Below are positions 60,073 to 64,000 of a DNA stretch of 64,000 nucleotides, piece after piece. The translations under genes were made by a program, and so were the position numbers. Under the pieces are notes generated by a model, which had not been told where the DNA came from, ran no database searches, and was given only the letters and a program-made list of their open reading frames with translations. The number at the start of each line of letters is the position of its first letter. The stretch's first letter is position 1. The DNA is from Thermoplasmata archaeon (GTDB lineage Archaea > Thermoplasmatota > Thermoplasmata > Thermoplasmatales > GCA-001856825). The stretch covers positions 14,224 to 78,223 of the forward strand of contig JAJZYT010000004.1 in the NCBI GenBank assembly GCA_021797915.1, given 5' to 3'.

Positions 60073-60662
60073 ACTTTCACCCTAGTCATTCTGGCTCTTA
60101 TCGTCTTTACATCTTTCCTGTGAAAATCATAAGAATGAGCAAGAGGGATCTCGACAACTTCATCCCAGGAAATCTCCCCTTTTCCTTCAATGATCCTTTC
60201 CAAGAAATCGCCAGCTTTGTAGTTAAGCAGGATATAAAAATCTTTAGAGAATTCTAGTGCCTTCTCTATAAAGGGAATGTCAGCATCTCTCCGTTGACTG
60301 CCAAAAGGAGGATTCATTATGACGGTATCGACACGGACCTTGAAATCCCTTATATCGGAATGTATGAACTCAACTTCGCACCCCAGAGCCTTCGAGTTTT
60401 CTTTAGCAACATCGATGGCCGACTGGTCCTTCTCAACCGCATAGACCTTCTTTGCTCCCAGGAGTGAGGCACCAATGGCAAAAATTCCATTACCGGAACC
60501 GAAGTCTGCAACCACTTTATCCCGAATACGGTCTTCACTGAGGGCATAGTATAGCATTTTAGCAGCAATTGTAGATGGAGTAGAGTACTGTTCCAGTGAA
60601 ACCTTCTTACGGTTTGTGTCCTTCAATTTGGACAATTCAATTTCCAGCATCACTTGTTTCAT
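60066..60662 (-). CDS. METTL5-like N6-adenine methyltransferase
   Basis: LEQYSTP, DFGSGNG, MNPPFG; usual neighbour of csl4. Confidence 0.88.
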   Translation of the reverse strand: MKQVMLEIELSKLKDTNRKKVSLEQYSTPSTIAAKMLYYALSEDRIRDKVVADFGSGNGIFAIGASLLGAKKVYAVEKDQSAIDVAKENSKALGCEVEFIHSDIRDFKVRVDTVIMNPPFGSQRRDADIPFIEKALEFSKDFYILLNYKAGDFLERIIEGKGEISWDEVVEIPLAHSYDFHRKDVKTIRARMTRVKVW

Positions 60663-60819
60663 GTGTTCTTCTCGTTGCGGATCGAGCTACTGGCAAAGCT
60701 TGCTCCACAATTCTCACATAAATTCTGCAATAATATCGTTAACGGTCTCATGAGTACATTAAAAGAGGAAATTTGAAAAAAATCAAACTCATTCCACGCT
60801 TACGTTGTTCCCTTCAATC

Positions 60820-61092
60820 CTACTCTAGTACTGTCTTGACCAGATCCCTTGCGTCTTTCTCTGCCTCCTCCTTGGATTCCCCCTTCATTTTAAGAAGCGC
60901 AGTAATGTACTTCTCGGCTCGCGACAGTTTCCATGTGCTTCTTTCGTGGACTATCTTGACTATGACCTCAGCAATGTCGCTATCTACCTCAAGCCCGAAT
61001 TTTTCCTTTATTCTGATCTGCCAGAGCTTGATTAGAAAGCGCGGGACATAGTCACCTTCTCTTCTCAGTTTCTGGTAGATTCCATTGCTCAT
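60820..61092 (-). CDS. hypothetical protein
   Basis: 90-aa ORF with ATG and an upstream TTTAAG/TATAAG AT-rich promoter-like region. Confidence 0.6.
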   Translation of the reverse strand: MSNGIYQKLRREGDYVPRFLIKLWQIRIKEKFGLEVDSDIAEVIVKIVHERSTWKLSRAEKYITALLKMKGESKEEAEKDARDLVKTVLE

Positions 61093-61159
61093 TAAGTTTT
61101 AAACTGCTTATACCTTAAATACCTTATGGGACAATTTTCTAATGAGTTATATACCCCGT

Positions 61160-62077
61160 TTAATTTATCACTTTCTTAAGTATTATTTTCTCGGCGTGCA
61201 ACCTGTTTTCTGCCTCTTCGAAAATTACGCTATTTTCCGAATCTGCGACTGCGTTTGTAACTTCAAGCCCCCTATGTGCTGGAAGGCAATGCATGAAGAT
61301 ATAATCCTTCTTGGCTAGTGCGACCATCTTTTCGTTGACCTGGTACTTCTTGAATGCCTTCTCTTTCGTCTCTTTCTCCTTTTCCTCACCCATCGAAACC
61401 CAGACGTCGGTGTAAATAACGTCAGCACCTGCAACGGCTTCCTTCCATTCGTTCGTAACTTCAATCTCTGACCTTTGCTTCTTTGCTAATTTCTTTGCCA
61501 TCATTACAAATCGGTCCAGCGGTTCGTACCCTTTTGGAGTGGCGATCCAGAAGTCTGATCCGACGAGTCCCGATGCAAGCATTAGAGAGTTGGCAGTATT
61601 GTTGCCATCTCCCACATATGCGACTTTCAGTCCCTTCAGACTGCCCTTCTTCTCCTTAATGGTCATGAAGTCTGCGACTATCTGCGTGGGATGTTCAAGG
61701 TTGTCCAGTCCATTGATGACGGATATGGCTGAATTTTTAGCGAGTTCGACCACATTGTCGTGTTCGAAAGCCCTGTATAGCACCCCGTCTACCATTCCGG
61801 ACAGAACCCGGGCGGTATCAGCAATTGATTCACCTCTCCCCATCTGCATGTCTCTTGGCGACAGATATATTGCATGTCCACCCAGCTGCGTCATAGCGGT
61901 TTCGAAGCTCACTCTCGTCCTCGTGGACGCTTTCTCGAAAATCATTCCGAGCGTCTTCCTTTCCATCGATGAGTCTCTCTTTCCAGCCTTGAAACTCTTC
62001 TTCAGTCTGATTCCATCGTCTACGAACTTTTCGAAGTCACTTTTCATGTCCATTATTGAGATGATGTCTCTCTTCAC
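61160..62077 (-). CDS. argF: ornithine carbamoyltransferase
   Basis: FEKASTRTR, HPTQ, GDGNN, SMG, HCLP. Confidence 0.95.
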   Translation of the reverse strand: MKRDIISIMDMKSDFEKFVDDGIRLKKSFKAGKRDSSMERKTLGMIFEKASTRTRVSFETAMTQLGGHAIYLSPRDMQMGRGESIADTARVLSGMVDGVLYRAFEHDNVVELAKNSAISVINGLDNLEHPTQIVADFMTIKEKKGSLKGLKVAYVGDGNNTANSLMLASGLVGSDFWIATPKGYEPLDRFVMMAKKLAKKQRSEIEVTNEWKEAVAGADVIYTDVWVSMGEEKEKETKEKAFKKYQVNEKMVALAKKDYIFMHCLPAHRGLEVTNAVADSENSVIFEEAENRLHAEKIILKKVIN

Positions 62078-62940
62078 TTTAGCACCTCTTTCAGCAGAGA
62101 TGGTATTTCGTACGGATAAGAGGCAACACTTACTCCAGCATCTTCAAGCGCCTTGACCTTTGACTCGGCTGTCCCTTTTCCCCTTGATATTATTGCTCCA
62201 GCGTGCCCCATCCTCTTTCCCGGAGGAGCGCTTCTTCCGGTAATGTAACTCACAACAGGTTTGTTGAAACGATCCTTTATATACTCGGCTGCCTCTTCTT
62301 CGGCCGTACCGCCTATTTCTCCCACCATGGCTACTGCATCGGTTTGATCATCCTTCTTGAATTCATCAAGGGCATCTATGTAGTTCATGCCTGTCACAGG
62401 ATCTCCTCCCAGTCCAACCACAGTGCTTTCCCCTAGTCCGTTAGTGGTGATGAGGTTCACGATCTCGTAAGTCAGAGTTCCGCTCCTTGAAATCACACCT
62501 ACATTACCCTTCTTGAAAATCTGATTTGGCATGATCCCGAGCTTGCAAGTGAAAGGTGAAGTTACACCTGGTCCATTCGGTCCCACGACCTTCTTCCCGA
62601 GTTTACCAGCTAGACTCACTATTTTCATCGTGTCCTGGTAGGGTACCTTTTCAGTAAGGATATAAATAAGGTCGATCCCACTGTACATGGCTTCTTTTGC
62701 AGCATCGAGGACGTATGGGGATGCAACGGATATGAACGTAGCATTGGGGTCCTCTTTCATGGCTTCTTTGACTGTGTTGAACACCTTAATTCCATTAACT
62801 TCACTTCCCCCCTTTCCCGGGGATGTTCCAGCAACGACTTTGGATCCAAATTTCTGCATCTGTATTGCGTTGAATGAACCCTGATGACCCGTTATTCCCT
62901 GCACCATAATTCGCGTGTCTTCGTTAACAAGTATACTCAT
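62074..62940 (-). CDS. sucD: succinate--CoA ligase alpha subunit
   Basis: QGITG, GPNGPG, SRSGTLTYE, GEIGG, RMGHAGA. Confidence 0.96.
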   Translation of the reverse strand: MSILVNEDTRIMVQGITGHQGSFNAIQMQKFGSKVVAGTSPGKGGSEVNGIKVFNTVKEAMKEDPNATFISVASPYVLDAAKEAMYSGIDLIYILTEKVPYQDTMKIVSLAGKLGKKVVGPNGPGVTSPFTCKLGIMPNQIFKKGNVGVISRSGTLTYEIVNLITTNGLGESTVVGLGGDPVTGMNYIDALDEFKKDDQTDAVAMVGEIGGTAEEEAAEYIKDRFNKPVVSYITGRSAPPGKRMGHAGAIISRGKGTAESKVKALEDAGVSVASYPYEIPSLLKEVLK

Positions 62941-62942
62941 CT

Positions 62943-64000
62943 CTACTTCACCACCTTAACAGTTTCATTTATTGCATCCATCATGTCTGAATATGATTCG
63001 ATTCCATTTTCCTTCAGAATCTGTCTTCCGAGGTCTTCATTCACTCCCGAGAGCCTGACCACGATGGGAACGTCGATTCCAACTCTCTTCTTTGCCTCTG
63101 CTATACCGTTTGCAACAGTGTCGCAGTGAGTGACCCCCCCAAAAATATTGATCAGAATTCCCCTAATCTTCGCTTCCTTCAGTATCTGGAACGCGCCGAC
63201 GACCTTCTCAACGTCATCGCTTCCTCCCAGATCGAGGAAATTCTTAGGTTTGAGTCCCTTGAGGGTAAGTCCGTCCAGAGTTGCCATGGTCAAACCTGCC
63301 CCGTTTGCAATTACTCCTATGTCTCCTCCCAGTTCAACGAGAGCATAACCCCTCTTGAAAGCAAGCTCTTCCAGTTCGGTCCTTTCTGCAGGATTCTCAG
63401 ACAGTTCCTTGTGTCTGAAGAGCGAGTCTGAGTCCACTACAACCTTCGCGTCTCCCGCAAGTATCTTTCCATTCTTTAGTACGACGAGTGGATTAATTTC
63501 GACGAGTTCGCAGTCGTATCCCTCATAAAGAGCATAAATCCTACCAAGCACGTCCTGGAACTGTTTGGATTCCTCAGGTGAAAGTCCCAACTTGAAAGAG
63601 ACTTCCCTCCCTATAAACGAAGAATACCCCAGAGTTGGATCTATCCAGTACTTTACGATCTTAGAATCCTCAACATCTTCAATTTCCATTCCTCCAGAAG
63701 TTGATGCTATAATGACCGGTCTCTTGGTGCTCCTGTCTAAAGTGATTGAGAGATAGTATTCCTTTTCAATTTCCAGTTTCTCCTCAAGGAGAAGACTCCT
63801 TACCTTCAGACCCTTGATACTCATCGCAAGGATCTCCTTCCCTTTCGCCTGTAGATCGCCAATGTCTTTTGCGAATTTTATGCCTCCAGCCTTTCCTCTA
63901 CCACCCGTTAGCACCTGTGCCTTCACGACAACTGGAAACTTGTCCCACTGCAGATCTGACTCGGTGGCTACGTGTTTTCCAGCTGGTATTGAAATCCCAA
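62943..64000 (-). CDS. sucC: succinate--CoA ligase beta subunit (5' end outside the window)
   Basis: KAQVLTGGRGKAGG, EINPL, NGAGLTMATLD, NFLDLGG, NIFGG. Confidence 0.96.
   Translation of the reverse strand, partial: GISIPAGKHVATESDLQWDKFPVVVKAQVLTGGRGKAGGIKFAKDIGDLQAKGKEILAMSIKGLKVRSLLLEEKLEIEKEYYLSITLDRSTKRPVIIASTSGGMEIEDVEDSKIVKYWIDPTLGYSSFIGREVSFKLGLSPEESKQFQDVLGRIYALYEGYDCELVEINPLVVLKNGKILAGDAKVVVDSDSLFRHKELSENPAERTELEELAFKRGYALVELGGDIGVIANGAGLTMATLDGLTLKGLKPKNFLDLGGSDDVEKVVGAFQILKEAKIRGILINIFGGVTHCDTVANGIAEAKKRVGIDVPIVVRLSGVNEDLGRQILKENGIESYSDMMDAINETVKVVK

Noticed and set aside
1-64000. CRISPR array, provirus, rRNA or anti-phage defence island
   Set aside because: No spaced direct repeats, capsid/integrase genes, rRNA or defence gene clusters recognised; remaining short ORFs in the track are antisense or alternate-frame shadows of called genes

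Overview
Compact, gene-dense archaeal chromosomal segment, most consistent with an acidophilic member of Thermoplasmata (thermopsin, Kae1-Bud32 fusion, PolD, PCNA, MCM, FtsZ/SepF, rpoE'-spt4-rps24e-rps27ae cluster). About 60 mostly housekeeping genes and two tRNAs (Tyr-GTA with a 29-nt intron, Gly-TCC). No CRISPR array or provirus was seen. Notable items: (1) a well-formed TPP riboswitch whose 3' strand contains the Shine-Dalgarno of a thiBPQ ABC operon; (2) two tnpA-less IS200/IS605 (IS1341-type) tnpB elements whose ends, TAMs (TTAC, TCAC) and omega-RNA guides can be predicted from the guide/cleavage tetranucleotide rule, one intact and one frameshifted; (3) an internally deleted ISL3 relic; (4) a PolB2 damage-tolerance cassette extended by DUF1805 and followed by an uncalled Cys/His microprotein lacking an ATG, with a tandem retropepsin gene upstream; (5) two apparent sugar-metabolism pseudoenzymes (PGI/PMI-like and GalK-like); (6) an orphan Dam-type methyltransferase coupled to a dUTPase-like gene. 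All calls come from reading motifs by eye; no database searches were run.
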